Assembly (NCBI GenBank): GCA_963693365.1
Contig: CAVNZM010000002.1
Location: 17,641,615-17,705,614 of the forward strand
DNA length: 64,000 nucleotides
DNA from: Amoebidium appalachense
Taxonomy: Eukaryota > Protista > Ichthyosporea
Direction: 5' to 3'
Of this stretch, positions 28,854 to 57,443 are shown in pieces. Under the pieces are notes generated by a model that did no database searches, was not told where the DNA came from, and saw only the letters and a program-made list of their open reading frames with translations. Every line of letters starts with the position of its first letter. Within the stretch, counting starts at the first letter, position 1. Both the position numbers and the translations under genes were made by a program.

Positions 28854-30423
28854 TTCCCCCCATCCCTCCGGGCCCGTGCCGATGATCATGCTTACGTCAC
28901 GCATGCACATTTTAGTACTCGACGGTGCATGCGCACAGTACTCAGTGTAGTGTAAATGTACAGGTCGTTGTCGAAAGCCGATCGCGAAGACATGCAACTT
29001 GCAGAAGGCGCATTGCAAGTTTGTTTTATCAAAAAGAAAAAATAAATAAATAAACAATACCTCCATAGATATTATTGAAGGGGCAGTGGGACAGCAGTGA
29101 ATTATATCTAACGCTAACCAGAATACCCGCAGCCACGTGAATCTTCCACGTGGTGCACCTCAGCACCTGGGTCCGGGCCGCCCGGCGGACTCACGCGGTA
29201 CGTGGTTTCGCCGTCGACCAGTGATTGGACATACCTTGCATTCCACACGCTTTTTGTTTATCATCTCCCGCCTTCTGCGCAGGCTGTTTTGTTGCCTCAT
29301 GATCAATCTTTTTTTGCATGTGACCATCAATATCTTTCTGGGAGGGTATATAAATATAAATATGCCCTAATAGAGTCTATTGAAAACTACTGGTGTAAAC
29401 TTTAAAAAGTCACCAGTAAGCTTATAATGGGCACACTACTCAGCTTCTAATGGCACCTCCCGGGGATTTTTACTTACATTGGAACGTACGAGAGTCTGTG
29501 GAATGTGGAGCTATGTCCGCGTTGAAGATCTTCAGATGTCCAAACTCTGAACCTTGTCGCCGCCGTAGCCTTTGTCACCTACCGATATTATCAAATTGTG
29601 TGTGCACAATAGAGCAGCTATACATTGTTATTTGTCTATTTCTTTCTAAAATAACGTGATTTATAGAAGTTCTACGTAATACACAAACATTGTCTACAAT
29701 CAAGAACAGTCAATTAACACCTCAAATACTCGCGCGTGACGTTTAGGGTGCGTATCCATAGCTATAGTATGCGTATGTACTGGCCGCTGTCGCACGGATA
29801 TTTGGTAGACTTTTTTGTGTATACAGTTAACATAGAGTCATGCACAGATATGAAAATTATACCGTACGTGTGGCAGTGCTGAGCTACTTTACAAGTAGCT
29901 GGCAGATGCTTAAGATACGATCATCATCGACCTGAGTCATCGTGTTCCAAAAATTCCTGGTATGCAACATCCATGATAGAACAGCATCTTACTATCGGAC
30001 TGTGCATTCCTTGGCTGCAACGTGAAATCTTGAAACGATGAACGTGATGGCACATGGACACAGTACAGGCGGGTGCATGCACACTGATAGCTTTATACAC
30101 ATAACTACAAAAAACATATTGGTGAGAACACCAATGTTATTTACATCCAACGACTGTCCAAGGAACATAGGATTCTTCACATAAACACAGAGACTAGCTA
30201 CTTCTTCTGGGCCATACAACTTGCATGCTCATGTCCATTTTTGCTTTTACCAGATGTTGAGGAGTATTGAAGGCTTTACGTGCACTCTTGCTGATTCAAA
30301 CTCAACTTTAGTATACTTAACACTTACTAAACTTTATGTGGAGCTTGTTCACATAAATCTTTGACCTATGCAAGAGCTACCAGTATCTTTTACCTCGTTT
30401 ATTTTTAGTGCCTGTGCACAGAC

Positions 30424-44785
<14,362 letters not shown>

Positions 44786-44838
44786 CACCAGGCACTCCCT
44801 CTATCCAATCACTAACCAAACACACATATAAACACACG

Positions 44839-44908
<70 letters not shown>

Positions 44909-45780
44909 AGCACAAACGTACCGGCATAGACAAGCAATTCATCCACACACCATCTTTTGCTATAGTTTTCCCATTAAAGTTTCAAGATCGAGGGTATGAA
45001 AGTACCACCACTCAGTATATTATGATTTTTTGCAGCTAAGCGAATGGCACCAAATGGGATACTATAGTAGGCGGCTATGTAAATTGCACTAGTAATGTAC
45101 ATATACATGCCATGGGCAGTGATCTAGCCTACCAATACGAGCACACACATGCACAGAGGGAGACACAGGCACGCTCAGGTACACATGCACATACATCGCG
45201 AACACACACAAGCACGCACACACAAGCCTGCGCGCACAACACACACACACACATGCACAAGAGTTAGGTCACGCTATACATGGCACACAGATGACGCTTA
45301 TTACGGCCAGTCCCCCATGTACCCTTTCTCTTCTCTGGTGTAAAGTGTTTAAAGTTTAAAAGTTAAACTTTTGTCAAACACACCCCGCACTGTTGTAACT
45401 ATGACAGCATGAATTTTGGTGCCACCCTATTGGTTTCGGATCTGGGTACGGTCGTATACGAACTTCCAAAAGACAAAGGGTTGGTTCTTGTTAATAGTTT
45501 TTGTTTTTGGCTTGTTTGTTGTTGTTTTTTTGTATCACTTTTTTTGTACCGCAAACCTGGACCGGTGCGTTTCCTCTCCTGAAATATTTTTTCTTGGGAT
45601 TTGATATTGTAAGCATGGCTAAATAACATGCCACACGACTCTTGAGAACAATTGGGGTATGCAGACCAGACAAACCCTTGACAAATAAATGATCCAACAT
45701 GATGCTGTTATAGCTGTGTGATTGCTTTAATTCGAGACATGTCAGGTCAGACAAGGGTGCAAGGGTTCTGTACCGTGTTT

Positions 45781-45811
<31 letters not shown>

Positions 45812-45991
45812 TTCCCCCCCCCCTCCTCCTCCCCTTCCAGGCCATGTCGCTTTCCTTCGCTTGGCCGCTTTTCTGCTCCTCCTGGCCTAGTACGTAGGGG
45901 TGACATAGATCTAGCTGTTCCTACTACAGTTGTTTTATAAGAATAAATTTTAGTGCCTACCCCTGCACAATTATATTCCGAAAAGTCAAAA

Positions 45992-46037
<46 letters not shown>

Positions 46038-47483
46038 GGCTTCGATCCCCCGGGCACACGTACATATCAGGCACGCCGTGAGGCACGTGATCACAAACAC
46101 ACGAGCATGCCACGACAGACGCATACACCTTCAGCTAAAGCCACGCACACACACACACGCACACACACACACACACGCGCGCGCGCACACACACACACAC
46201 GCACACACACACGCACACACACACACACGCGCGCGCGCGCGCGCGCACATACACGTGCAGCGTGACGCGGGCACATGTGCACGCGTACAAATTACACACA
46301 CACGCGTACACACGCATGCAGAGCCACGTGTACGTACGCACACACATACACACGCACACACACGCACACACACGCACACGCACGCACACGCGCACACGCA
46401 CGCGCACACGCACGCGCACACACACACGTACGCACACACCGGACACAAAGGCTTTTCCGTGAGCGCACGTACGCACGCACATGGGACGGTGACATACGGT
46501 GGCGCACATCATCGGACACACCAGGGTATATGGCACTGCTACGGCGGACGCCTCCCAAGCACACGTGCACGCGCCACACACAAGCACCCACACGCATGCA
46601 CACGTACACACACGTGCGGCGAATGCACATGTACACACACGTACAGGCAAACACGTGTGCACGCACGCATGACTATTCGACTGTCCTGACCAGTGACCGT
46701 TGGTACCATTTTGCCAGGGCCTCTGATATTTACATTCCGGAATCCGCATCTTCCAACTCTTCAAGCTTTCTTTTTTTCTTTTTTCTTTTTGTTAATGAAG
46801 TTCAAACTTTCAAGTTTTGGATATCTATAATTTATGCAGAAACCGAACTTACGTAAGCTACTAAGTATTTAAATTTGTAAATAATCGAAGGAAAAATTAT
46901 GTAAATAATTATTGTTGCTTTGTATATTAGAGATTGTACAACAGATATAATGCAGCCCTATATAGATGCCGGTTGGAGTTGGACTTAACCATTTTGGGCC
47001 GAGGACAGTGACATCAACTGAATTCGAAGAATGGAAATCTAAAATCCGTGAGTCTAGGGGAATCTATTTGCCAACGAGAGCTCATGATCTGTTCATTCGC
47101 GCATACTCATGCACGGCACATTTGTTTACGCCGGACAGAAGCCGTCACAAAACCCTCCGAGACTGCGCTCCAGCAAATCAGTTTCAAGGGACGGACAGAG
47201 GTGTCACAAGCTTCACAGAACATCTGTGCAGCAAACCCCCTCAATACATAAGCGCTATATGCATGTGCCTAAACACCACACACCAGCTGGGAATCTACCT
47301 CCGAATTCGAAGCACATCGGAGCTCTATTCCTCAATGCATGCGCCCCTGGTGCCAATAGCAACTGTTGCATCAGGCACCCCGTGCATGATTTTGCCATCT
47401 TTTTGCTGGTTAACATAGAGTCCGCCGTCTTTCCTGAGCCCATAAAGCTATAGTTCACGAGCATGCTTCTTTTTGGCACGAGA

Positions 47484-48469
47484 ATGCCGTCCAAAAGCGC
47501 CATCGAGCAGACCATTGACCGTGCAGCAGGGGCCATCATGGGCATGCTGATCGGTGATGCCCTCTCTCTGGGCTGCCACTGGATATACGACGTGGGCCAG
47601 CTCAAGGCCGAGTATGGGTGGGTGAATGACTACACAAAGCCCAAGCCAGGCAGGTACCACTATGGGTGCGATAAGGGGGACGTGTCGCAGACCGGGCAGC
47701 TGCTGCAGCTGCTTTTGGAGAGTGTGGCCGAAAAAGGCAAGTATGACGAGGCGGACTTCTGCAGCCGCTGGGATGGGCTGCTGGCGACCCTGGACGGGAC
47801 GAGGAAGGGCGGCAGGTACACGGAGAAGGACATGTGCGACGTGTGGAAAAACAGGTGTGTGCACATCCGCCTACTTTCAAGATCCGACCCCCTCCCCCCC
47901 CCCCCCCTTCCCCCCAGTCCCCCCCCCCCTTCTCAAGGCTTCCCCCTCCTCCTCCCCTTCTTCTCGGGGCTTTTCCGGGAGCCCCAACTCCGAGAGCCCC
48001 GGCGCCGGCCCCTCTTTGCCTAGTGCATCCTTGTGTAACCTCGGTCTATGAGTGCAGTTACAGAAATAGATGTGGCTCAAGTATGGACCCTTTGACTGGA
48101 GACGTAAGTGAGTTACGTATTTTTCGTAAGCGTGAGGGGCTGCACAATAAAGGTCTAGAGTATAAAAATCAAAAAAACAGCTCTAAACTGTCACGCATGA
48201 AAGGGTTAAGGGAGCTCAGAGTGAGAACGGGTGGACTTTTTAAAACTTAAAGCACCCCGAGGCATTACCCCCTCCCCCCCCCCCCCCCCCCCCCCCCCAC
48301 CTCTTCCCCCCCTGGCCCATAGGATTCCCGCCCCTTTCTCTCTTGCAACTGGGGCGCCTCTCTATTATTGCACAAATAAAATCAAAACCCCACCCCTTGT
48401 CTCACAGCCTCTTCTTAGCTTTGTTCTGCCTCAATTGCTGCAACGCAAGCAAAAAGCCATCTACACTCC

Positions 48470-48505
<36 letters not shown>

Positions 48506-49632
48506 ATAATCATACGTGGAAGCACAGTGAGCCTCAGTAAACTAATGGGGGGGGAAGAGGAGGTTGGGGGGGGGGGGGGAGGGGGGGGGATAATATAAGG
48601 GGGCAGGGGGTGGAGAAATGTTGGGGGTCAAGTGGGAGGAGGGTAGTCATTTTCTTGTTCTTCTCTGTTTTCAACATCTGAACAGGGCCGGAAATTGTGA
48701 TATTACCTACAATCGCCTCCTCCCCCCCCCCCCCCCCTCCCCCCCCCCCCTCCTCACAAACAACCACCACCACCACCAACACACAGAGCTCACACATACC
48801 AACACACACGCACATGCACGCGTGCTGGCATAACCGAAAAAAAAAAGAAGAACACACATTCAAAATAAACAAATGATCGCGAATACACCACATTCTTACA
48901 CACCCTTCAAAATATTGCCATCTAATTGCAGGGTGGTTTTGAAGAAGCCGTGGGGCAAGTGTGCCAGCCCAAGGGGCGACAACACAAACTCGTTTGTGCG
49001 TGCGGCAGCATTGGCAGCCAGGTACCATTATGACCTGGGCATGTTGGCCCGTGTGGCCTACAGCAACAGCGCACTGCACTATGCAGATGAGGGCGTCAGG
49101 GGCCATTCCATGTCCTTTGCAATTATCATTGGGGCACTGATCTCAGGCATGCCCTACGATGCATATCTGGGCAGCCATTTGTATGATCTCGCACGCCAGA
49201 GCGTGATCCCATTCTCGCACATAGGTGTGAATGCATCACGGGAGGAGACGGAGGACGAACCATTATCCGAGCCCGATAGCCTTTTATGGGCAAGCTACTG
49301 CATTCGGGCCGCAAATGACAAAGCGACCCGAATCGAACCGGCAACTGCAGCGCCCCCGGATGTACGGGCTAGCATGCAGCTATTACATGGTGCTGCCTGG
49401 GGCCTACTATCTGGCTGGGAGCTATCCAAATGACTTTGAAAAGGCCGTGCTGACGGCAGTAAACAGTGGGGGGCAGAATCTGGCCCGGGCATCACTTACG
49501 GGGGCAATTGTGGGGGCGATAAATGGGGTGTCGGGGATACCGGCGAGATATATTGACGGGCTGAAGGATGGGAGGAGGTGGCTAGATGTGGCCTTGAAGA
49601 TAGCACAGCAGGGGGTGGAGGGGGGCCAATGA
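47484..49632 (+). CDS. ADP-ribosylglycohydrolase (DraG/ARH family, bacterial-like); exons 47484(or 47463)-47854 and 48932-49632, with a 1-nt frameshift near 49352
   Basis: DRAAGAIMGMLIGDALSLGCHWIYD..GRYH..GDVSQTG and FEKAVLTAVNSGGQNLARASLTGAIVGAINGVSGIPARYIDGL. One phase-2 intron (AG|gtgtgt..ctaattgcag|G). The frame switches at the GCCCCCGG homopolymer. Confidence 0.9.
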
Positions 49633-49760
49633 GGCCCTCAGCTTGAAGTGTGGTTTCATTGGGGTTGTTAATTTTCTTTCACACAGGCACACACACACAC
49701 ACTCTCTCTCTCCCCCCTCCCTCTCTCCCTCCCTCCCTCCCTCCCTCCCTCCCTCCCCCT

Positions 49761-49875
<115 letters not shown>

Positions 49876-50469
49876 CTGTTTCTCTCATTGCCCCCACCCC
49901 CCGCCGCCCCCTTGCGGGGCGCATGTTTTTTTTCATCGTCCTATGGGAGCATTCGATCTTGGGTGCTCAGACACTCGCATGGCATGCACACACAGACTTA
50001 ATCGTTACGTAACAGGGAGAGGCGCGAGAGTGTTTGACAGACATAGAGACTGGCACACTGCGCACCAAACACACTAATTATAATGGCACACCTGGGCAAC
50101 AGGCTTTGTGATACCCATCAACCTAGTAAGGGGAAATGATCAAATATGTTTGACAATGCATGGAGCTGTGATGGTTTCTGTTTAGACAGCACAAGCAGTG
50201 GTTGTATGATTAGTTGTATTACATCCGTAAATGGGCTTTTATAAGAGAAAAGAAAAAGTAAATGGGTTTTATAGAAGAAAAGAAAAAGTAGGAAAATGGG
50301 TTGCTGTGTGCGCATGTACAGACACTACCGATACATTAACCCGTGTACATTAAAAAAAAGACTGGCTACCTCAATACATTTTAAAAAAAGAAGTTGTAGC
50401 TACAGAAACGTCAAAAAATCGTGCTACTCCATCAACTGCTATTTCTATTCCATGTGTTTTCGCGCTATT

Positions 50470-50517
<48 letters not shown>

Positions 50518-50804
50518 ACCCCATTCCCCCCTGCCCTTCCGCAGCTAATATTAGGCTCTACCCTATTCTCATTCATTCAAATGGCTGCGCGAGGCCCGAC
50601 CACCCTCAACTTCCTCTAAATCCAACAAAGTGTAGCTAAGGGAATAAAAGTATACAGCGTCCACAGTGGCTGCTTTTTGCGCTAAATGCTAAAACTACTA
50701 TACAAAATTAAAACTATCATATATCATGTCGGAATCTATAGGCCTCCACACATCACTGATGTCTTACAGCAGCTAAAATCACCATTGGCCTGATGTTGCT
50801 ATTT

Positions 50805-53800
50805 CTACCCAGGGACCGGTTGTAGTGGTGTTGTAAAAGAAGTCTTCGACCCACTCGTGATGGTCCGGCTCACCGTGACACTACTTCTACCCTCACCCGC
50901 GCCCTCACTTCCCACCCTTGCATCCCCACCATCCCCACTCGGCCTTGGTTCTGTCGCAGACGCATTCACACAGTTTGCCATCGAACTATCCCCCGCCCCG
51001 CCACCAGCATTCCTATTTGCCCCCCTTCCACCCCCTCTCCCCCTCCCCCCCTTCGTGTTGAATGCAACCACCGCCACCACGGCCACCACCCCAGCCGTGG
51101 CCACCGCAGCCTGTTTGTCTTGCTCCCTCTTGCCTGCACATGCACGTGCGCGTCGTTTTTGTTCATTCGCTACTTCTGATTGGGTCTCTGCGGCCACCTC
51201 CTGGGCCTGTGATTGGCTGAAGATCATGGCCGTGCGTGCCTTGTGGCGTTGGTTCCATAGGCGGGTGCCGACTATGCGCAGATTGTAGGCCTCACTTGGT
51301 CTGTGTGGGTGTGCAGGTTGTAGGCCTCACTTGGTCTGTGTGGGTGTGCAGGTTGTAGGCCTCACTTGGTCTGTGTGGGTGTGCCCCTCCCCAGCACCGT
51401 GAACACTTTCTCCCCCCCCCCCCCCCCCCCCCCCAGTGTTCCGTTCGGGGACAAAAACTGGATGCTATTCGTGATCCCCCCCACCCCACAGCACATTTGC
51501 ACACACACACACCCTAACTGCAGCCACGACCAGCCACAACCATGCATGCACCACTCCAAAAACACCTCATGGCAAGGTTCCCTCCCAGTCACCCCGGAGT
51601 CGCCGCTAGCAACCTGCTCACCAACCCCCACAGGACTGCCTAACAGGGCACACGGTGGATATCAGCAGCCGGCAAACCACCCTAGCGCTCACCCATCTCC
51701 ACAGTCTTGCAGGGTGCCCTAGTGCCCAATCACATGCAAGTACACTGTCCTTACGTAAGTGGGAGGCGGCCAGACAGCAGTGGTGTTTTGAGTGATGTGT
51801 CGTTGGTGCCTGTGCGGACCACAGCATTCTCCAGTGTGGTTTGTTGCGCTGTGGCCACAGCGTCAGATGCACATTCCCCTCTGCAAATCCCGCCCCCCCT
51901 CCACCCCCAGCCGCCCCCCCCCCCCCCCCCCCTCCGCAGCCGCCGCCCCCCCCCCCCCCTTTCCCCCCCCCCCCCCCCCCCCCCCCTCCTTCCCCGCCTC
52001 GCCCTGCCCCTCCTTATGCACACATCTCGCCTTACACTTGCATACTTCATATAAGGCTGAGAGGTCTGAAAGACGACATCTACCAACCCTCACCCCCCCA
52101 CATGCACCCAATATCCAGCCAGTATATCCACCGTCTATCTCGTTGTTTCCAGCCACCCACCTGCTTCAATGCATCTTGTGCCGGCCAATGCGGCCCCAGG
52201 GCCACACTTTGTGCACTGGCTGACCGTACACTCTGCACAGCCGAAGTAGCCAATGGCGCTGCAGTCTGCATAACCATATATGGGTCAGTGCCCTGCATTT
52301 TTTCACCATGTAGGTGTGCACATGTCTTGCTCAGGCCCTGTCTTCTGCCAAGTAAGCCCCCCCTCCTCCCCCCCCCCCCCCCCTCTCCCCTCCCCACCCC
52401 CCCCCCCCCCCCCCCCACCCCCCGACACAGCTTCCCCCGAGCCTGTGACCCCTCTACACATGCGCCACACGTGCCATCTTGCTCGATCTATATTTGTGCG
52501 GAGGATGACGGTGCACGTACCCATGATCAGCCTGCCGTCCAGCATGCCTCTGAGGGAGGGAGGGCTGCTTACTTTCCCCACCCACACAACCCCCGCCTCC
52601 TTTGCCCGCTGGAAAACCACACCATACGTGTGCAAGGGACGAGGTGCACAAACGGGGCACACAACACACGTTCTATGAAGAAAGCCACAGACAGGAGGCA
52701 GGCAGTTCTTCCTTCTGCTAATCCCCCCCCCCCCCCCCCTGCCTTGGACAACAGCATTACCCAATACAAAACTCAGGCCAATGCAGTGGGCCAATCTCTG
52801 TCTTCTCCCTTCCACTTCCCGTGCTTGTCCTGTTCCCCCCCTCCCCCCCCCCCCCCCCCCCTCCCCACTCCCGCCCCTCCCACCCTCTCTTGCACTCCTA
52901 TCGCAGCCTTCCCTCCCATGTCCATTCCACCCCCTTCCCCCTTCCGCTTACCTCTGCACATATCGTCCTTTGTGTTTGTCCACCCGTCCACACAGGAGCC
53001 TTTGGGACACACGTTGGCCTCGCCAGTAAGTAGGTCGCAGAAGGGGGAGCCACAGTGGGGCAAAGATGCGCATCCTGTGTGTGTGTGTGACCACACCATG
53101 CCAAACTCGCCTCTATCGACCACCAACCACATGCAGCACCTGACCATCCTAGATGGCCCCCACCCATTCATTGCCACCCTTCCATATATGGACATACCCG
53201 TGCACGTGACGCCATCCCCCGTGTAGCCCATTTTGCACGTGCACGTGTAGCTGCCGTCCGTGTCCAGACACTGGGCATTGGCACTGCACTGGTGGCTGCC
53301 GGCCCGGCACTCGTCTGGGGATGTGAAATATTAAGGGTAAAGGGTTAGGGTCTGCAGGGCTGGAGGGTGCTGGGATGGTTTGCAAACAGATGCATCAACG
53401 AAATAGGTGCCAGTAAAGGTAGAGGATAAGGAGAGCAGGGGAGTGAAGGAGGAGCATATATGTCGTGCGTACCTATATGCGCGTGCAGTGTATGTGTGGG
53501 TGAGTGATTGTATGTATGGGGATGTGTATGGTATGCATCTGTTATCGTGTTATGTGGGGGATGGGGGTGAGGGGGATGAATCTGGTTTCTATGCAGGTGT
53601 GCGTGTATGACGTGCATATATGCGTCACTGCACATGCATGTGTCTGAGGGCCACAACCCACCTGCATTCTGGGCACACCCGCCGCGTGGGTTTGTGTATC
53701 CCGGGGCACAGCTGGTGCACGTGGCATCCACCACCCCGTTGCAGCCACTCCACGCCACACACCGGCCAAGGTCTATCCGGCACGCTGCAACCCCCCAAGG

Positions 53801-54578
53801 CCACATGGCCACATGTGAGCAAACCATCCAAGACCCATTGTATGCCCCATGCACTGCACCTGTTGCTGCCTATGAATAGTGCAAACATCACCTACTTGCC
53901 CTTCCTCCACACGTGCACACAATATAGGCACAGCCAAAGGCAGCACGTGCACACAATATAGGCACAGCCAAAGGCAGCACGTGCACACAATATAGGCACA
54001 GCCAAAGGCAGCACGTGCACACAATATAGGCACAGCCAAAGGCAGGGCACTCACGTGCACACAATATAGGCACAGCCAAAGGCAGGGCACTCACGTGCAC
54101 ACTGGCCGCTGGTGTCGACATCTGCAAGGCCACTGCACTGGGCACACACAGAGGCCCCCCCCCTGGTGCACGTGGGGGTGACGGCACAACCAGACACGGA
54201 CTGGCACTGCGAGCACGTGCTGCCGTTGCCATAGTAACCGGGCTGGTGTGTGCGGTGCCTTGTTCTGTACTCCAAGGTGAAGGGGCCATGCCCAGGGTGA
54301 AGGAGGGGTAAGGAGGGTGAAGGGGGGACGGGAGAGATAGACTGCCTGTAAAGGTGGCTAGTTACAAAGAAGAAGGGGTGGAGGGGCACAATGTATAGGT
54401 GCTGGGTATGTTTGGGTGGTGAGGGTGGGCTGATCCGGGGGGGGAGTGCGCACATAAGCACGTGACGCCTGTGCCCTGGTAGCCAAAGTTGCACGTGCAC
54501 GTGAATGAGCCAAAGCACATTGCGGCACGTGGCATTGGCGCTGCAGGGCTGCCGGGTGCTGCATTCGTCCATGTCTGT

Positions 54579-54609
<31 letters not shown>

Positions 54610-55858
54610 GGGGGGGGGGAGAGGGGGGGGGGGGGGGAGGGGGGGGGGTAAGAGATTGTGATCAAACAATCCCACGATAGACAGATCGTGCCGTTATGGT
54701 GATGGGGAGTGTGGCCGGGTTTAGCGCAGGTATGGTTGGAGCAGAGGAGGGACGGAAGGTGGTTTGACTAGTGGAGAAACAGGACAGAGAGGTGGAGCAC
54801 AGTGTACTAGACACAGACACACAAGTCAAACCCGTTACATGCGCATGATCTCATCTAATCAAGAGAGAAGGGGGGGGGGGGGGGGGGGAGGGGGGGGGGG
54901 GGGGGGGGAGAGAGAGAGAGAAAGAGAGGGAGAGAGGGAGGGGGGAGAGAGAGAGGGAGAGAGAAAGTGGGAGAGAGAGAGGGAGAGGACGAGGGGAAGC
55001 AGCAACGTGTAAGCTCAATAGCACCAACCCCACCACCGCACACCACAGGAGGTTACTGCATGCACTCACCTGCACAAGTGATTCCACTGCCCGCATATCC
55101 CCTGTTGCATGCGCACGTGAACGAGCCCATGGCATTGCTGCACGCCGCAAGCGCGTGGCAGTTGTGTGTTTTGAGGGTACACTCGTTCAGGTCTGCGGGG
55201 GAAGAATGTGTTTGTTGTTTGCATGTTCAGGACAGCACACTTTACACTTGCAACCCATTTTACGCCAGCTGTCTGGGTGTGTATCGAGGCCAAGTAGTGC
55301 AAACTATTGCCTTATCTCTCCTCTTGTGCAGAAGGCAACTTCTCAGCTGGCTATAGAGATGTGTACCTTGTGTGTGTGTGTGTTTGTGCGGGGGGGGGGG
55401 GGGGGGGGGGGGGAGGGGGAGGATGGGTGCACGCTTGCACGCTTGCCTGCGAGTGCGTGTGTGTGTGTGGTGTTGGTGGTGGTGGTTGGTGGGGGGGGGG
55501 GAGGGAGGGAGGGAAGGGAAGGGAAAGGCTGACAATGCATTCAGAGACGGAAGCTGCAAAACCTAACACTCACTAACAAAACCCAGAAAGCAGCTTGTCA
55601 GAGTGCTAGAATCCAATTATATCGTACCTGTGCACTTGACGCCATTGCCCGAATATGCTCTGTTGCATGCGCAATTGAACGAGCCAATGGAATTGCTGCA
55701 CGTGGCAGCCACGTGGCAGTTGTGTGATTTAAGGGTGCACTCGTCCATGTCTGCCAAAAATAACGGCCAATCAACAAGAGCCCAACCACACGGGTGCAAG
55801 GTTTGTCCGAGCATGCAAAACTGCACACTTCCTTCATCCCCCCCTCCTCCCCCCCGGC

Positions 55859-55942
<84 letters not shown>

Positions 55943-56022
55943 GACACACACACACACACACAGACAGACACACGCACACACACACAGACAGACACACGCA
56001 CACACGCACACAAACACACACA

Positions 56023-56083
<61 letters not shown>

Positions 56084-57149
56084 CCCCCCCCCCCCCCCCC
56101 CCCCCCCCGGGGAAAGAAAGAAAAACAACCAGATATTGAAAGAACAGAATGAAGCAGTCTGGTGTCAGGGCTTGCTATCTGCCCTCAGGTGTGCAGCGGC
56201 TATGCCCAGCAGTAAATGAGTGCCCAGGAACACACTGGGGCAATACGGTTTCAGAGGGCATGCGGGGCCACCCACTCACCTGTACACGTTATTCCGCCCC
56301 CCGTATATCCCCTGTTGCAGGCGCAATTGAACGAGCCAATGGCATTGCTGCAGGTGGCAAGCACGTGGCAGTTGTGGGTGTTGAGGGTGCACTCGTTGAG
56401 ATCTGCAAGGGAATGCTATTGTCCTGAGTCTCCTATTTATACACCCTTACTGACCTGCCACACACCTGTTTGTCTCACGCAGTAATCTATTCACCCAGTG
56501 CAAAGTATTCAAAAGAAATAGACCATCTCTGTCTTCACCCCCCTCCCCCCCCTCTCCCACGCACACACACACACCTTAAACCCCTCACCACAATCACATC
56601 CCTTGATTGGCTCATAGCAGCCAATCATATCGCACCTTTGCATTAGTGCCATTCCCCGAGTACCCGATGTTGCATGCGCAGTTGAACGAGTCAATGGAAT
56701 TGCTGCACGTGGCAGCCACGTGGACGTTGTGTGTGTTGAGTGCACACTCGTCCATGTCTGTGTGGGAAGACACGTGTCATGTCTCTGCCACACACCTGTT
56801 TGTAGTGTGCGCTGCCATTCAATCACTTCTCCATCCACCCCAAACTCTTTTCCACCAATAACCCCCTCCCCCCCCCCCCCCCCCCCCCCCCTCTTCCCCC
56901 CTTCCCCCTCTCCGCCCCCGCCCTTGCTCCTTGATAAACGACGAGTAAGCACCACGTGTTGACCCGACACGCCCACAGCACCCATCACAGCCCCTGATAG
57001 GCTCATAGCAGCCAATCATATCGCACCTGTGCACGTGGCGCCATCCCCGGTATATCCCCTGTTGCATGCACAGTTGAACGAGCCAATGGCATTGCTGCAC
57101 GTGGCATCCACGTTGCAGTTGTGTGTGTTGAGGGTGCACTCGTTCACAT
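50805..57149 (-). CDS. Multi-exon cell-surface/secreted protein with Ca-binding EGF repeats and furin-like Cys-rich repeats, possible C-terminal TM; 5' end not identified
   Basis: Phase-1 EGF exons D(V/M/L)(N/D)EC..C...ATC.N.IGSF.C.C..GY.G.G..C at 57027-57149, 56636-56757, 56280-56402, 55628-55750, 55070-55192, 54454-54574 and 53198-53314. Cys-rich exons at ~54095-54260, 53662-53786, 52952-53040 and 52161-52265. Final exons ~52046-52079, 51755-51881 and 50805-51300 contain [17 protein letters not shown]. Confidence 0.8.
51283..51383. repeat. 35-bp tandem repeat x~3 spanning the last splice acceptor of the EGF gene
   Basis: TTGTAGGCCTCACTTGGTCTGTGTGGGTGTGCAGG repeated; on the minus strand each unit has cacag|ACCAA. 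Confidence 0.85.
53908..54102. repeat. 34/41-bp tandem repeat x~5 starting at an EGF-gene donor site
   Basis: CACGTGCACACAATATAGGCACAGCCAAAGGCAG(GGCACT) repeated; on the minus strand the longer units carry GTGCAC|gtgagt. Confidence 0.9.
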
Positions 57150-57443
57150 CCGCATAACACACCAGTCAATCAGGATATTTCATGCACTCACAGCGCAAAA
57201 GACATCCACAAAAGAACCCATGTCCCCCTTGGTCCATAGCATGCAGCATGGCCAGCAGAGTATGACCCACCAATAAAGAACACAGCAACACTATTCTAAG
57301 TGCCAAAAACAAGAGGAATGGCAACTGAAGTCTGAACCCCCCCCCCCCTCCCCCCCCCCCAAAAAAAGCCTGCAACCGAGTAGTCAACCTGTTATTTTAA
57401 TGCTTGGGAGAAGGGGAAAAAAAAAAAAAAAAAAAAAAAAAAA

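Noticed and set aside
30130-30230. Minus-strand peptide YGPEEVASLCVYVKNPMFLGQSLDV resembling an SDR dehydrogenase C-terminus
   Set aside because: About 25 aa only, preceded by an in-frame stop, with no upstream SDR motifs; may be chance or a tiny relic.
46966-47453. 150-aa ORF upstream of the ADP-ribosylglycohydrolase, vaguely recombinase-like
   Set aside because: No complete catalytic motif could be identified; unsupported.
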